A stretch of 62,664 nucleotides of DNA, filler included. It is 12 parts of 12 records of this genome, joined end to end, with 100 filler letters (N's around TTAATTAATTAA, not from the genome) between each part and the next. Parts side by side here need not be neighbours in the genome. Positions count along the whole stretch, not along the records: positions 11,334 to 14,716 come from SRR15195285_3326; positions 14,817 to 22,057 come from SRR15195285_3333; positions 22,158 to 27,783 come from SRR15195285_3335; 9 more parts are not named here. The stretch is one strand, 5' to 3'. The translations under genes and the position numbers were made by a program. Each line of letters starts with the position of its first letter. Position 1 is the first letter of the stretch. Positions 11,706 through 23,965 of the stretch are shown piece after piece. The notes beneath the pieces are model-generated. The model was given only the letters and a program-made list of their open reading frames with translations. It searched no databases and was not told where the DNA came from.

Positions 11706-14250
11706 ATGGAGGACCATGACGCCGCGGGCGACAAGCTGATCCGTAGTGGCAACGTCTCGCCGGTGCACCCCAGTCGCGCTACGCGGGCGTGGAAACGCGT
11801 ACATCTTCCGCTCAACATTTCCCTCCGGTTCTTGGTTCTTACCTTCAGTTTTTTACAGCCCCACAACTACCACACGACGGCTGCAGTCGCCTGATCAACG
11901 AGACTTTTGGAGGGCGATGGAGCAGGTGCAGGTGGTTGCTGCTGATGATGACGCGGGCGCCGACCTGTCCGGCGCAGAGCTCCACATCGAAGAATCGCGC
12001 GATGATCTTGACACTGTCCGGCGCAGTGTCTCTGGGCGGACTCACGCGTGGTACTGCTGCTTGGGCAGCATGCTGGGCTTCGTTGGTTTTGGCCTCACTC
12101 TGATATCAGCCATTGCCGACGTGTGCCACAACCCGGAGGGAAATCAAGAGGACGGTGTCCTACCCCGCTGGCCATCGACGGTGAGCGAGATCAACTCAGA
12201 CTTCGGAAGTGGTCGTGGAAGGCTGTTCTTTGGGTTCATGCTCGCCACGTCCGGGTTCTTGTTCGCAGCGCAAATGCCGACCTCTCTCGATACTCCGCAG
12301 TTCGAGAATGAGCTGTGGAAGCTTGGTGTGGCTGTCAGGGGGAGTGCAGACGAGCGCAATGGCAAGTGGCGTGAGGTCAGACTGCCCGACAAGTATCTGC
12401 TGCACTTTCGCTCGATGACCGCGCCTCTTGGAGCGCTGTTTGTTGCGCTCTGCCCAACCGTGAATTTCTGGACAGCACATCACGCTGGACAGGAAGTCGT
12501 TCGCAGCGTGCACCTTGTTGCTGCTGGATTTCTTTTCCTTGGTGGTACTGGCGCTGAAGTGTGGCGGTTGTTGCGCCTTCATAGCGTCTGGAAGAGGAAA
12601 GATGCATTCAGCACTCATTGCACACAGTGCAGACGACAGGCAGTGGCAGGCCCAAAGACAGGTAGGACGACAAAGCAGTTCTTTCTGAACGAGGCAATCG
12701 TCTCGTCCAAGCTCCAAGGCAAGCAGCAGCCGGTGGGACCCATTCGGCCATTTCTCATTCTGTGCCTATGCTTGAACATGCTGGCAATCGGTCCCGACTT
12801 GTACATCGACAGTGGCGCAAAGCCCGTGATCACGGCGTTTCGTGGGGATATCATTCTCAGCCCGACTGCGACAGGCTACTGCCCTGGGCGCCAATTCCGC
12901 TACGCGAAAATTTCGACACGCGAGCAATGCCATTCGATTTCGAAGCTGCTGTCGCACCGATTCGAAGCACGTTCCAATTCGCAAAGCAGCGATCCTCACA
13001 ACAGGAACGAAGTGTGGAGGCAAGGTAGCAGGCAGACACACAGCATTGGCATTGAAACCAACGCATCGAAAGCGTGCTATGTCGACTTTGCTGACGTGGA
13101 CAGCGCGGGGACGGGTGCTAAGATTGAAACTGATCTCCTACTGCGCACACGCACTGATGAGCCTGCACAATATTCTGCTGAGGGAGCTTGCGCAATGCTT
13201 TCAAACTTCGACGCAAATGCCACTGCGTGTGTGCCGATGAGTGATCTCACTTGTCGCAGCAAGATTATACTGCCACGCGTCATCGCTCTATGTGTGTGTC
13301 ATCCTGAAGACTGTTCCACCGGGGAGGAAAATTGCCAGTGTCGGTGGGGGGACACGAGTAAGAGCTCGTTGCGCCTTCGCATCTTCATTCTAGAGTCTTC
13401 GCTGACAGTCTTGCTTCTGTTTAATTACATTGCAATCGCTCTGGAGCACGAGATTCAAGTAGCGGAGGCTCAGGTTGACGCAGATTCCGTGCCGCAATCC
13501 ATGCACGCGCGGAAGCGTACTTTCGTTTGCTATCATGGCTTCACGTACACACGGGTGATATCATTTTTGGCGGTCTTCATTCTTCACTGTGCACTAAATA
13601 ATCTACGATTCGCAACTGCTCTCACCCGTGTCGATACAGAACAGATCATGTTCGTAGTGATTGCGCTCGCTGTTGTTATTACACTGTGTGCAACAGGCGG
13701 CTTAAGCTCTCACGAGGTTAGTGAGATTGGTCGCTGGCGGTTCTTGCATTTACTTCGCGCAGCTATGATGTGCTGCGTGTATCTAGCGATTGCTGAGGCT
13801 CAATCGGTGTTTATAGAAATCCGGCAGGAGCAAGAGGAGCAGCAAGATGACGCCTACACAGGGCAATTTAGTCATTGGATTGGCGAGGATCGCGTTGCGC
13901 ACCTGCTTGTCCGTGCGTTTGGCACACACGGGTACGTTTTTGACTCGTCCAAATCGGAAGACCTTCGCTTCGGCTTAATCTTCAGTGCGCAGCGATGCAT
14001 TGCCCTCGTCATTAGTGTGGTAGTGGTGGCAGACGCAGCGGACAAGTTCACAGCTATCGCTAACTGTTGCGATTGGATCAAGAATGTCGCTAAAGGTTAT
14101 GGTTGGAAGCAGAATTGTACTGGGAAGTACGAACGAGCAGCACCGTCAGATTGTGAAATGGAAAGGGATGGCGGCGGCGATGGTGCTGCAGACACTTCAC
14201 TCGAAGCATCGGTGGATGCATCCGCACAGTGTGCACGCTCAGATACATGA
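11706..14250 (+). CDS. Multi-pass membrane protein with Frag1/DRAM/Sfk1-like N-terminal region and Cys-rich loop; 2 exons
   Basis: ATG 11706 plus intron 11763-11886 is in frame with ORF 11746-14250. Many hydrophobic helices. WPSTVSE...GRLFFGFML and VHLVAAGFLF resemble the Frag1/DRAM/Sfk1 pattern (motif recall only). Confidence 0.6.
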
Positions 14251-14406
14251 ACCTCAGTTGTTCTAGCCCGAGTACCTCAGGAGCAATCTATCCGACCCAT
14301 AACAGGCTGGTAGTCCACTACAAAGATTGCACTGTTAGGCTTGAGCTGAACGATTACGTAGTACAATCGCAGCAAACAACGACGCTGCGACATCTCAAGC
14401 CTTAAG

Positions 14407-14716
14407 CTAGCGATTAGGTCTAAACTTTGCACGGTTTGCGCCCACAAGAAACGTGTCAGCGAATGGAACTCGGCCACATAGCTGCTCGTCGCCACACATG
14501 TCGCCACAATTGCACCCAGCGTCATCCATTGCTCCACCTCCACATGCAAGCCGGTGAGGAATGCGAACGTTGGGCCACACATATGGTTCTCGCACCGATC
14601 CGTTCTCGCCTGACCGTTTGCAACAAGAATAGTTGCCGAATTGGATGCTGCCCTTTACCATAGGACGCGATCTGGCATGCCCATGAATGGTGACGGTGAT
14701 GGCGACGGTGAAGTTA
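14407..14716 (-). CDS. Possible 3' fragment of a Cys-rich protein, truncated by contig end
   Basis: The frame is open from the contig end to stop 14407 (...SCCKRSG...CNCGDMCGDEQLCG...). No homology recognised. Confidence 0.25.
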
Positions 14717-14816
14717 NNNNNNNNNNNNNNNNNNNNNNNNNNNNNNNNNNNNNNNNNNNNTTAATTAATTAANNNNNNNNNNNNNNNNNNNNNNNNNNNN
14801 NNNNNNNNNNNNNNNN
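14717..14816. other. Artificial contig spacer
   Basis: N44-TTAATTAATTAA-N44. Confidence 0.99.
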
Positions 14817-15014
14817 CAATAGAACCTGGGCACTGCAGTCTGATCGCATCGACGCGTTTGGCGCAGTATGATCCTGGCCCGCCGCCGGCGGGGTGGGCTG
14901 CTCCCCCCGTCTTCGCACGGTGTGGGGGTGAGGCACCGGGGGTTTTCTGCGCGCACCACGGGTTTGCTGGTCCGTCGCGCTCGGGCCGGAGAGGGAGGGA
15001 GCGCCACACACGCA

Positions 15015-17809
15015 ATGATGCTCCTGCGGCTGACCTGCTTGGTCGCCATGGCGGCGTCAGTCACCAGCCACGAGCCGTCAGTGTACAGTTGCCCCTTTCG
15101 GCAGCTGGCCCACGACTACGCGGCGCTGGTGCTCGGTGGGCGTGGCTTGAGCCGCGTTGCTACCGGACTCAACCTCAGTAGCACCCGTGGGGACTGCGCC
15201 ACACCGCACGCTGTTGCAGCAGCGCGAAGCGAGCGCCCAGCCGCAGGGCTGGATTTCCCACTCTGGTCGACAGTCAATCGCAGCACTGAGTCACTGCGAC
15301 ACACCATCTTTGTCGATCCACATCGAGGCGCCGACGAAAACGACGGCACGCTTGTGCGCCCCGTCCGCACACTACGAGCGGCGCAGCTAGCAGCCAGGCG
15401 ACTCGTGGGCGAGGCTGCGACCGTGGTGCTGCGCGAAGGAGTGCATGTTGGGCCACTCCATCTCACACCCAGGGACAACGGCGTCAAATGGACGAGTCAT
15501 GAGTCGGAGATCCCGATTATTTCTGGCGGTGTTCCGCTCGATGACCTCCGCTGGAAGCATGGCGACGGCGGCGTCTGGGCGGCGAGCTTGCCCATTCACG
15601 TCCCAATGTTTAACGCTCTGTATGTCAACGGCGTTCGCGAGATCCGCGCACGCTACCCTAACGTCGCTGACCCGACGCTTCCTGGGGGCTTTGGTATAGA
15701 GGATGGGCGTCCTCTAAACTGCCCCGCAAACACCGTGCCTGCGCAATATCAGTCAAACATTCAGGTTGTGAGCACAGACAACGCGTCCATGCAGCTGTAC
15801 TCTGGCGCGACGAAAGATGGCGTCCCGCGGACCATCAGCGTGCATCACCCGACGCTTGTGACGTTGCGACCTAGCTGGCGGAATTTTGGTGGTTACTTTA
15901 ATGGGTCGTCGCGCAGGTTTGACGAGACTTACTCGGTCGATCACTGGGGCAGCGAGTCAATCCAAGGTGTGGTCAACTCAAGTCAACTCGGCGCGCTGCC
16001 TAGCTGGACCAACGCGTCGACAGCAATCGTACACATGATGCACCCGGGCCAGTGGGGAAACTGGATGTTCAGCGTCGCTGACCGGCCACGGCCAGGTGCG
16101 CTACGCTTCGCGTGCCAGAGCTTCGACGGTAGGAAACGCCGCCCGTGCACAACACAAGGCCCCACCGAGCAAGTGATGGTGGTCGGAGGGTGGCAGGAGG
16201 CACGTGGCGCCTGCACGGGCCAGGCTGCCGGTGAGCTCGAGTGGAATTTGCCGAGCTTCAAGTGGCCTTTTTATGTGGAGAACGTACGCGAGCTCTGCGA
16301 TTCGCCGCGGGAATGGTTCTTTGACGAGGCACAGCGCACGCTATATTATCGACCATCTGATGACTCGATCGATCCATCGACGCTTGAGTTTGTCGCTGCA
16401 GTCTCAGCAAGCGTTGTGCAGATACGGGGCAGTGCTGCTGAGCCTGTGCAAGACGTGAGCCTGAGTGGTTTCACGATCGCACACACAGCGCCGACTTTTA
16501 TGGAGAAGTATGAAGTGCCGAGTGGGGGCGACTGGAGCCTGCACCGAAACGCAGCGGTCTTCATCGACGGTGCTTCGAACGTTGCTATCAGCGGGCTGCT
16601 ATTCGATCAGCCAGGAGGCAACGCCATCATGCTCAGCAACAGCGTTAAGTACAGCAGTGTTATCAACTGCAGCTTCATCTCGTGTGGTGACTCGGCAATT
16701 TTGAGCGTCGGATCCTCGCGATTGATGAACGGGACGGGAGACCAAGGCCTGTTTCCGACGCGCAACTTGATCCAGGGAAATCTTGTGGACACGGTTGGAG
16801 TATTTGGTAAGGAGACATCGGCTTATTTCAAGAGCATGTCAGAGTCCAACATCGTGCGCAACAACGTCTTCCAAAATGGACCGCGCGCCGGGGTAAACTG
16901 TGAGTGACAGCACTCCCGCCAATATACACCAGCAGTAGAGCAGCGCGTATAGCTGCGGTTTTGCATGGTAATCATCGCACTACACTGCAGTCAATGACGG
17001 CGGAGCGGGCGGTGAAATTCTCGAGGGCAACCTAATTTTTAACTTCGTGAGAGAGACTGGTGATCATGTGAGTCACAACGCTTACACTGCTTTCCTACGC
17101 ATTTCGAAAATAGCAAAGATGACACTGCTTGTGCGGCACGCACCATGTGTTTGTTTGGGCGTGCAAGGGCATGTTCAACAGTTGGGACAGGCAGCCACTG
17201 CTATACACCGATGATAGTGGCAACGTGAGCATCGTGCCGAAGACGCATCAGCTCCGCCGCAACTTCATCTTCAACAGCAACTTCGGTCAGGGTGGCACAA
17301 ACTCCGGATACTGTGTAGATTGGGATGATGCGAGCTCAGAATACAACGCTACCGATAATGTGCTGATCTTCGGTGGCTTCAAGTTGAGCGGCGGCTCAAA
17401 TCGCTTTGTCAGCGGCAACCTGATCGTGGACGGAAAGCTCGTTGATCCGCAGCAATCTGGGTGCTGTCCAACGCCGGCGCAGCAGGCCAAAGTGCTGTCG
17501 GTCAACACGACGACTGTGTTTGGCAACATCGCGGTGCATTCAAAGGGCGAATTTTATTCGTGCGCTGCAGTACTTCCGATCGATTGGTGGGCGAGCCATG
17601 GGAATCGCTTCTACAACAACACATTCTATACACCAGGGAGTCCAGGTCTACCTTTCAAGCCCAGTGGGTGCGGCACAAACGGCACGACTCTAGCTCAGTG
17701 GCAAGCGCACGGCGCTTACTTCGATAGTGGGTCCACAATCTCGGCCGAGATCACAGTGGCTCAGCTGCTCGCCCTAGCCAAGCGCAAGTTAGCAATGCAA
17801 AGCGAGTAG
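15015..17809 (+). CDS. Secreted right-handed beta-helix carbohydrate-active protein (GH141-like, pectin-lyase fold); 3 exons
   Basis: Signal peptide MMLLRLTCLVAMAASV; motifs IFVDPHRGADENDGT, LYVNGVREIRARYPN, FYVENVRELCDSPREWFFD. Introns 16900-16990 and 17068-17167 restore GPRAGVNFNDG...NFVRETGDHGMFNSWDRQP. Confidence 0.8.
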
Positions 17810-17906
17810 TACAGTAGTGAACGCTGTTTCTTGCGTCCGTGCGCGTTCCAAGGGTTGCGTGCCAGCCAGGCTAAGGCTCGCGTTCGCGCTGCGGCGGCGC
17901 ATCAGA

Positions 17907-18383
17907 ATGGTTGCGCCAGCGGGCTTGATGCTGGTCGACCTTGGCGCGGACCTGCTTGATGATATCCTGCGGCACATTGGGCTCGTGCCCTGCGACCACA
18001 TCGCGGCTGCGTCCACGTGCACGGCGCTGCGATCGCGGTATCTTGGAGTGACGTCGAAGAATCCCTTGCTGCGTATCTTTGCGGCTGGGAAGAGGAAGGC
18101 GCCCGAAGGTTTGCGGTCGCAGCTGCGCGAGCTTGGGGTGTTGCGTCTGGGCAATACCATCGTGCATTCGGTGCTGTGGAGCCCCGACGGTCAGAAATCG
18201 CGCAGCGACAGTTCGAGTGCGTATCGCGCCGTGGGTTTGGTATACTACCTGAAGTATGGTGTTTCCTCCCATATGCAAGACATGTCGGCGCTTGTTTATT
18301 CATTCATACCGCTCTATCTGATCAGTGCTGTACTAACACAAGGCATAAGGCCACCTTATGCCCTGTGTCACCTGCACTCGTGA
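17907..18383 (+). CDS. Small protein with F-box-like N-terminal motif
   Basis: LVDLGADLLDDILRHIG...IAAASTCTALR matches the L..LP.ELL..IL...L....VC..WR F-box pattern loosely. The 3' end and splicing are uncertain. Confidence 0.4.
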   Translation: MVAPAGLMLVDLGADLLDDILRHIGLVPCDHIAAASTCTALRSRYLGVTSKNPLLRIFAAGKRKAPEGLRSQLRELGVLRLGNTIVHSVLWSPDGQKSRSDSSSAYRAVGLVYYLKYGVSSHMQDMSALVYSFIPLYLISAVLTQGIRPPYALCHLHS

Positions 18384-18598
18384 AGAGGCGCTGGGAACCA
18401 GTGTGTGTAGCAACTCCGCGGAAGTCACTGGCCTAACACGCGGTAGCTCCCTAGCTAAGATAGTTGTCTAGGCTTTACGAACGTTCATTCTCCTCGATGT
18501 GCCCGCAACGTGAGACTCTATTTTAAAACAGGCTCACGTTGCGCGATGCGTCTAAAAATGCAAGCCAACTCGCTTCAAGTCCCTTCACAATATATAAT

Positions 18599-20854
18599 TC
18601 ACCCCTGTTTGCTTATGAAGTTGTCGTCTGTGTCTTCGCCGCTAGCCTTGCGCAATGCGAGCTCTTCCTCAGTCTGGCGTAAACGCGCGGCAAGACTCCT
18701 GAGCGCGGCGTTGCGACATTGGGAGACGCGCTGGCCCAGGCGCTCCAGCTGATTAGCGGCCACCTCCGCCTTGCATAGCAGTGTGGCTTGATCTTCTGTA
18801 GGATCGGCTTGATCTTCGTGATCTAGTAGATATGGAGCATCTACCGCAGGTGGCGAGGCGCTCTCGGCTGCGTTGGCCGATATCTTCGCTTGACTCAATC
18901 CCGAGCGTCGTGTAGTAAGTGGCACTGTGGCATCTACCTCGTGCAGCAGCTTCTGCAACTTCGCCTGCTCATCTTTCAGCGTTAGCAGCGAGTACTCTTC
19001 AAGCGCCAGACACGTCCCTGCCTCTTGTATTGACTTTTCTAATTGGTGCATGCTGACCAGCGACTGCTGACTGCCTTTATCCTTGCCACAGATGACAGAC
19101 TGTGCCTGCTCGATGCCAGCTGCAACGCGGGTGGCCCGGCGTCGCTCCAGATCAGCATTGCGTTTCGCGAACGCTAGGGCAGTCTTGCTCCGCAAAACCT
19201 CTGCACGTGCCGCAATTGCTCTGGCTGCCACCTGTTGTTCGCCCCGTTTAGTAGCCTGCATGCTTGCGCGAGCAGCGAGCTTCCTACGGCGCACAAGTCG
19301 AGCTCGACGAGCTGCTTGCTCCACTAAATTCTCGTCGCCCTTGTCCTCGTCCGCCCCCTTTTCGTCCATTGTCTCCTTCTTTGTGTCATCTTCGCTCTCG
19401 GCACTCTGTGTTTTCTGCGTAAATGTAGGTTCAGGTTCAGGCCCAGGCTCAGCAACTGGATCTGGCTTTGGTGAGCTTTGCTGCCGCAGTGACGCTACTA
19501 GCGCTTGCCATCCTACTCGCTTTCCTAGTGCCTTTCGATACCGCTCGATCGTAAGCTGCGCTGCACGCAGCGCCTTGACGGCCGCCTGCAAGTCCGCCAT
19601 TATACCCGCATGCTGAGCTACCCGCTCACGCGCCACAGCCGCAGCCCGTTTTATTTCTGTAGCCCTTCTGGCACGTTGCAATTCCTGATCACGATCGGCA
19701 TGGATATCATCCGCCCACCCACCCCATTTCTTCAAATCGTCGGCATCACCGTCCATAGTAACTCGAGATCCTTCCAGGGCCGTGCTCCGGAGTCGCGAAA
19801 ACGACAAGGGTGCAATGCGCCCTGCGCTGGCACTACCAAGACTGCGAGACCCATCACGGCTGCGGCTGCCGCTGCGGCTGCCGCTGCGGCTGCCACTGCG
19901 ACGACTTGCGACAGAGAGGGCCGATAAATGTGCAGGCCTGGCACATGGATCACCAGCAGTGGAGGGGCGAGACTCTACAAGCTGATCGTGCAGATGGCCA
20001 AAACGTGCAGCTTGATCAGCCGGCAAGTAGTACAGAAAATGCTCGACGCTCTGGGCTGCATCAACACGCCGTAGTTGTTCCGCGTGATTGCGCCGCAGTT
20101 GCGAGAACGACGCATCCGCGAGGCTAGCATTGTCGTCGTTCTCGATATAATGTCGGTCATGATCCTGTTTCAGCTCGTACGCAGCTGGTGGCTTCTCAGC
20201 AATCGGGTGGTGTGATTCACGTTGCAGAGTTACAGCCTGGGTTGATATTGCACGCAGCCGGCTCTTTGCATTGGAGCGCCTCTCCTCGGCGCCTGAGAGC
20301 TTCTGCTTGGCACGACGCAGCCAAGCGGGCGGCTTCATATCGCGCTGCCACTCGGGCAAATCAAGCTTGTCGTCCCAGGGCTCCACCAGCGTTCCCTCGA
20401 AGCCTGCTCTCAACCCTCCCCAATCCTCCGGCTGCCGGGCCCAGGTGGCGCGGTGCACCGCACGGTCGGCAGTCCGTCGCGGCGCTCGTTTGGCGTCCTC
20501 AGCTGACGTCCACCTGTGCCTGAAGGATGTCGTATCCAGGCGTTGAGATGATGTGGCATGGCGATGCCGGCGCTTTCGAAGCGCCACAGCCGCCTCACTA
20601 CGCCTGTCAGTGGGAGTCGGCTCCACCGGACCATGCTCCAACGACTGAACCAGGCTTGTGAACTCCTGCAGGTCCAGTTCACCCTCGTTGTCTTCGTCGA
20701 CGCGCGCGAAGCTGCGAGCGAGGTCTGCCGGCGAAATCTCAACTTGCATCATCTCCATCGCCTGTGCTACTTCTTGGAGTGATAGCGTGCCGCCACCGTC
20801 AACGTCGATCTTGTCAAAACACTTTTTCATCTCGGCAGCAGTCGGGCCGCTCAT
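18599..20854 (-). CDS. EF-hand pair plus coiled-coil protein
   Basis: 751-aa ORF with canonical EF loops DVDGGGTLSLQE and DEDNEGELDLQE at the N-terminus, an SRSG tandem repeat (19861-19900) and helical C-terminal region. Confidence 0.8.
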   Translation of the reverse strand: MSGPTAAEMKKCFDKIDVDGGGTLSLQEVAQAMEMMQVEISPADLARSFARVDEDNEGELDLQEFTSLVQSLEHGPVEPTPTDRRSEAAVALRKRRHRHATSSQRLDTTSFRHRWTSAEDAKRAPRRTADRAVHRATWARQPEDWGGLRAGFEGTLVEPWDDKLDLPEWQRDMKPPAWLRRAKQKLSGAEERRSNAKSRLRAISTQAVTLQRESHHPIAEKPPAAYELKQDHDRHYIENDDNASLADASFSQLRRNHAEQLRRVDAAQSVEHFLYYLPADQAARFGHLHDQLVESRPSTAGDPCARPAHLSALSVASRRSGSRSGSRSGSRSRDGSRSLGSASAGRIAPLSFSRLRSTALEGSRVTMDGDADDLKKWGGWADDIHADRDQELQRARRATEIKRAAAVARERVAQHAGIMADLQAAVKALRAAQLTIERYRKALGKRVGWQALVASLRQQSSPKPDPVAEPGPEPEPTFTQKTQSAESEDDTKKETMDEKGADEDKGDENLVEQAARRARLVRRRKLAARASMQATKRGEQQVAARAIAARAEVLRSKTALAFAKRNADLERRRATRVAAGIEQAQSVICGKDKGSQQSLVSMHQLEKSIQEAGTCLALEEYSLLTLKDEQAKLQKLLHEVDATVPLTTRRSGLSQAKISANAAESASPPAVDAPYLLDHEDQADPTEDQATLLCKAEVAANQLERLGQRVSQCRNAALRSLAARLRQTEEELALRKASGEDTDDNFISKQG

Positions 20855-22031
20855 CTCGGGCTCTGTGTCTCTACAAACGCCCGGGCAGCAGCCGAGCTCC
20901 TTCCTTGCTCCTGACGTCTGTGCTGGGCGACGCCCAAGGAGGTGACCAAGGGCAGTTGGGACCCCTGCTACCTAACCACGTACATCATACATATTTTCGA
21001 AAGGAAGGTGTGCTGGAGTACCGGTGCTCGGCACGCGGCAGTGCCGCGAGTGGACGCAACGCCTTCCGCAGCGCGCCATCCAGGAGAGTGGAGATGACCC
21101 TCAGGTGCGGCCTTCCTGGCGTGCCGTACTACTATCAATAGTAGCCTCCCCGATGAACTACCGCGCAAGCCAGCAGCGCCTGAGCAGCCGCTTCCTGAGC
21201 TGCCAGCCGGCCTCCTGGTGTGTATCTGTTCACGCAGTGCTCCGCCATCAAGATCGTCACGGCACCGTCACAGCGGTTCCGAAGGGGGGTTCATTTCCCA
21301 CCGGCCGCCGGATTCCCGGATTCGGGATTGGGCACGCGTGCCCTGTAGGGACCCTACTAGTATGGTGTATGCTCGACTGGCGGCTAATTCGATCGATGAG
21401 TTCGACCTTTAATCAGATTGCGTCAAAACCTGACTACTGTACCTTCCAAACCAGGTACTGTACTAGATCTACCCAGGTACTAGTAGGCCAATAATCGCAA
21501 CCTTTAGGTTGACTAGCCGCATCAGGCGACTCCAGGCGAAGAAATGCGGAATTTTCACAGTGGTGCGGTCACCCGCCCGCTCAGCGCCTTTTTGCGGCTG
21601 GCGATGACGGTATCGCGTAGCGATAGTATGGCCATGGTGCCAACGATCGCGGTGGGCACGGGGTAAGCTGCTGAGTTACAGCCCCCACATGCGCTAGGCA
21701 CACCACCAACGATCGTTGGTCGGACTATTGATTTGGTCACCCTCTCTCGCCTCCGTTTCGCGGTTATATTGCCCTGGCCAGGGCACCGGGGGCGAAGATC
21801 GCGAGTGGCGCGCGCGCGCGCGCTGCTCTGTCCCTAACGGCCGCAGGTCAGCGGCAGGCGCCATAAAGTCGGGATGGAGCAGCTGCCAGCAGCGAATGAC
21901 TACTGTGCTTGGGAGACGCAGCCGCCAGCTGGGCCAAGTGGTGCTGGCGCCGGTGTCAGCGTGCATACTCGCACTAGAATCGCTCCCACCACGGCGAGCG
22001 ACGCTGCACGACACGCTCGGCGGGCGCGCAT

Positions 22032-22057
22032 GCAGCAGCAGCAGCAGCAGCAGCAGC
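22032..22057 (+). repeat. (CAG)n microsatellite at contig end
   Basis: Seen directly. Confidence 0.95.
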
Positions 22058-22157
22058 NNNNNNNNNNNNNNNNNNNNNNNNNNNNNNNNNNNNNNNNNNN
22101 NTTAATTAATTAANNNNNNNNNNNNNNNNNNNNNNNNNNNNNNNNNNNNNNNNNNNN
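22058..22157. other. Artificial contig spacer
   Basis: N44-TTAATTAATTAA-N44. Confidence 0.99.
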
Positions 22158-22299
22158 GTCCGCCGACCCAGGAATCACATTGTGGTGACCTGGGGCGCCC
22201 TGCGCGCGCGCGCGGGTCTATCTGTGCCAGGTTGTGCATGCGCGCCGCGGGATCGCATCGGACGTCAAGCATTCGTTAATCCGGCGTCGCGGCGGGGCG

Positions 22300-23648
22300 A
22301 TGGCGTGGCCACGTCAGGCTGTACCGCTGGCGCTGGTCCACACGGCCATCATCTCGTTGTGTGGCGGCAGTACCGAACATGCGAGAGCTTTCCCCTCAGG
22401 TTCTGCGAGTTTTGGGACACCTGCAGCAGCCCTTGACTCGCGGCTGGGCGCCGAGGCTGGGCACATCATTGCGATCCGCACAAATTCTGCCGCGCGCTGG
22501 GATCGCTACGCTGCCGACGGGCTGTTGAGCAACGAGCCTCGCTTGGTGCAGCGGCTGCCTGGCATCGTCGGGGCCGATGTTCCTACAGAAAGCATCTCGC
22601 TTCGAGTCCGCGCGGAGCTTGCGCACGGACGTGAGGTCCATGAGGGTGTCGGTACGCTGGGGGCGCTGGGGTGCTACGCTAGCCACCTCAAGGCCTGGCG
22701 TGCCGTCGTCGCCAGCGGGGTGTCGCGCGCCCTTATCTTCGAGGAGGACGCCGTCCTGACAATCGAAGGGGTCGAGCAGTTGGGTGCTATGGGTTACCTC
22801 CTCGCGGACTTTGTCGACACGGCCGGCACGGGCAGCACCCTGCGAGATGGTTTTGATGTTGCGCTGTTAGGTTACATTCAGCTGCGGAGCGGTGTGGACG
22901 AGTCAGGCGTGCGTGAATATGAGCAGCATCAAGGTGGGTGGATGCGGCTTCGCGGTGCTTTCTGGGGGACACATGCGTACCTCATCACTCGACGGGGTGC
23001 TGCCAAGCTCATGGCTCAGGTATGTCGACTCGAGCGGCCATCCAGCCTGGGGGTGGGCTTAGTGCGCCGATTGCTAGTTCATGTGCGTTAGGCTGGGTGT
23101 TTGTGTCGGCAGGCGACATAGCTGCTTCAATACCACCGCGATTGTCCGGGTCTGCGCTGCTGCGTTTGCTTGTTCGTCTTCGGCTGCCGCTATAGCTGAT
23201 GCTGTGGAGTTTGCAGGCCGAGCCGATTTCTGCACAGGTTGACGCGTACATGGGCTGGATGGCGGAGTTCAACTCTGACTTTGTGATGATTGCTGCATCA
23301 AGATCGTTCATCCAACAAGGTGGCCACTCTCTTGATATACCTCGGAGTGGATCGGACGCAGTGATGAGCATGCAGCAGCGTCAGCACGACCGTAATTTAG
23401 CTGTGCAAAATAGACAGTGCTGGAAGTGTGACTTGGATAAGTACTTCCCAGGGGGCCCTGTCCAAGGCGCAGTGAGCTTCCGCCACCGTGTCTTGCTGGC
23501 GTCGCTGCTGGTCTTTGGTGCTGGAATTGCCACAGCAACAGCAATCGGGTCGCGAGTGGTGCGACGAAGGTGCAACTGCCATTGGCTCTCAGCGATGAGT
23601 GCGTGCAAAACGTCTGTTCGCCCCCCACATGGGACATTGCGGCATTGA
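22300..23648 (+). CDS. Glycosyltransferase family 25 protein with signal peptide and C-terminal TM helix; 2 exons
   Basis: GT25 motifs GALGCYASHLKAW, ALIFEEDA and GTHAYLITRRGAAKL. Intron 23020-23216 restores AEPISAQVDAYM. C-terminal hydrophobic segment VLLASLLVFGAGIATATAIG. Confidence 0.85.
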
Positions 23649-23965
23649 GGGTTTGACTATCATGATTGTTGCAAGCCGGTCTGTCATTCGAATGAACACG
23701 TTTGCCACGATCGAGAGTCATTCTGACCTGTCATTCCAAATTCAGCAAAAAACCCACCCGTACCATCGGTACTAACATTCACCTGTGCCAGCAGTGCTGC
23801 TCGCGGTGGTGGTATAATTATGTAGCCAGGGTATCCCGTGCCTCTGTTTCCAAGACGAGGCAGCGCAGGCATGATCTCGTGGCTTTCGCAGAAGGGAGCG
23901 CTGACAGTAGCTGTGACGACAAAGATCGCCACTAGAAATTGATATCTATTTGACATTGGTACAGA

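Noticed and set aside
20860-22057. Short ORFs upstream of the EF-hand gene (21024-21494, 21694-22014, 21716-22105)
   Set aside because: No recognisable motifs or convincing splice structure. The region has the TACTAG/GTAC-rich intergenic signature.
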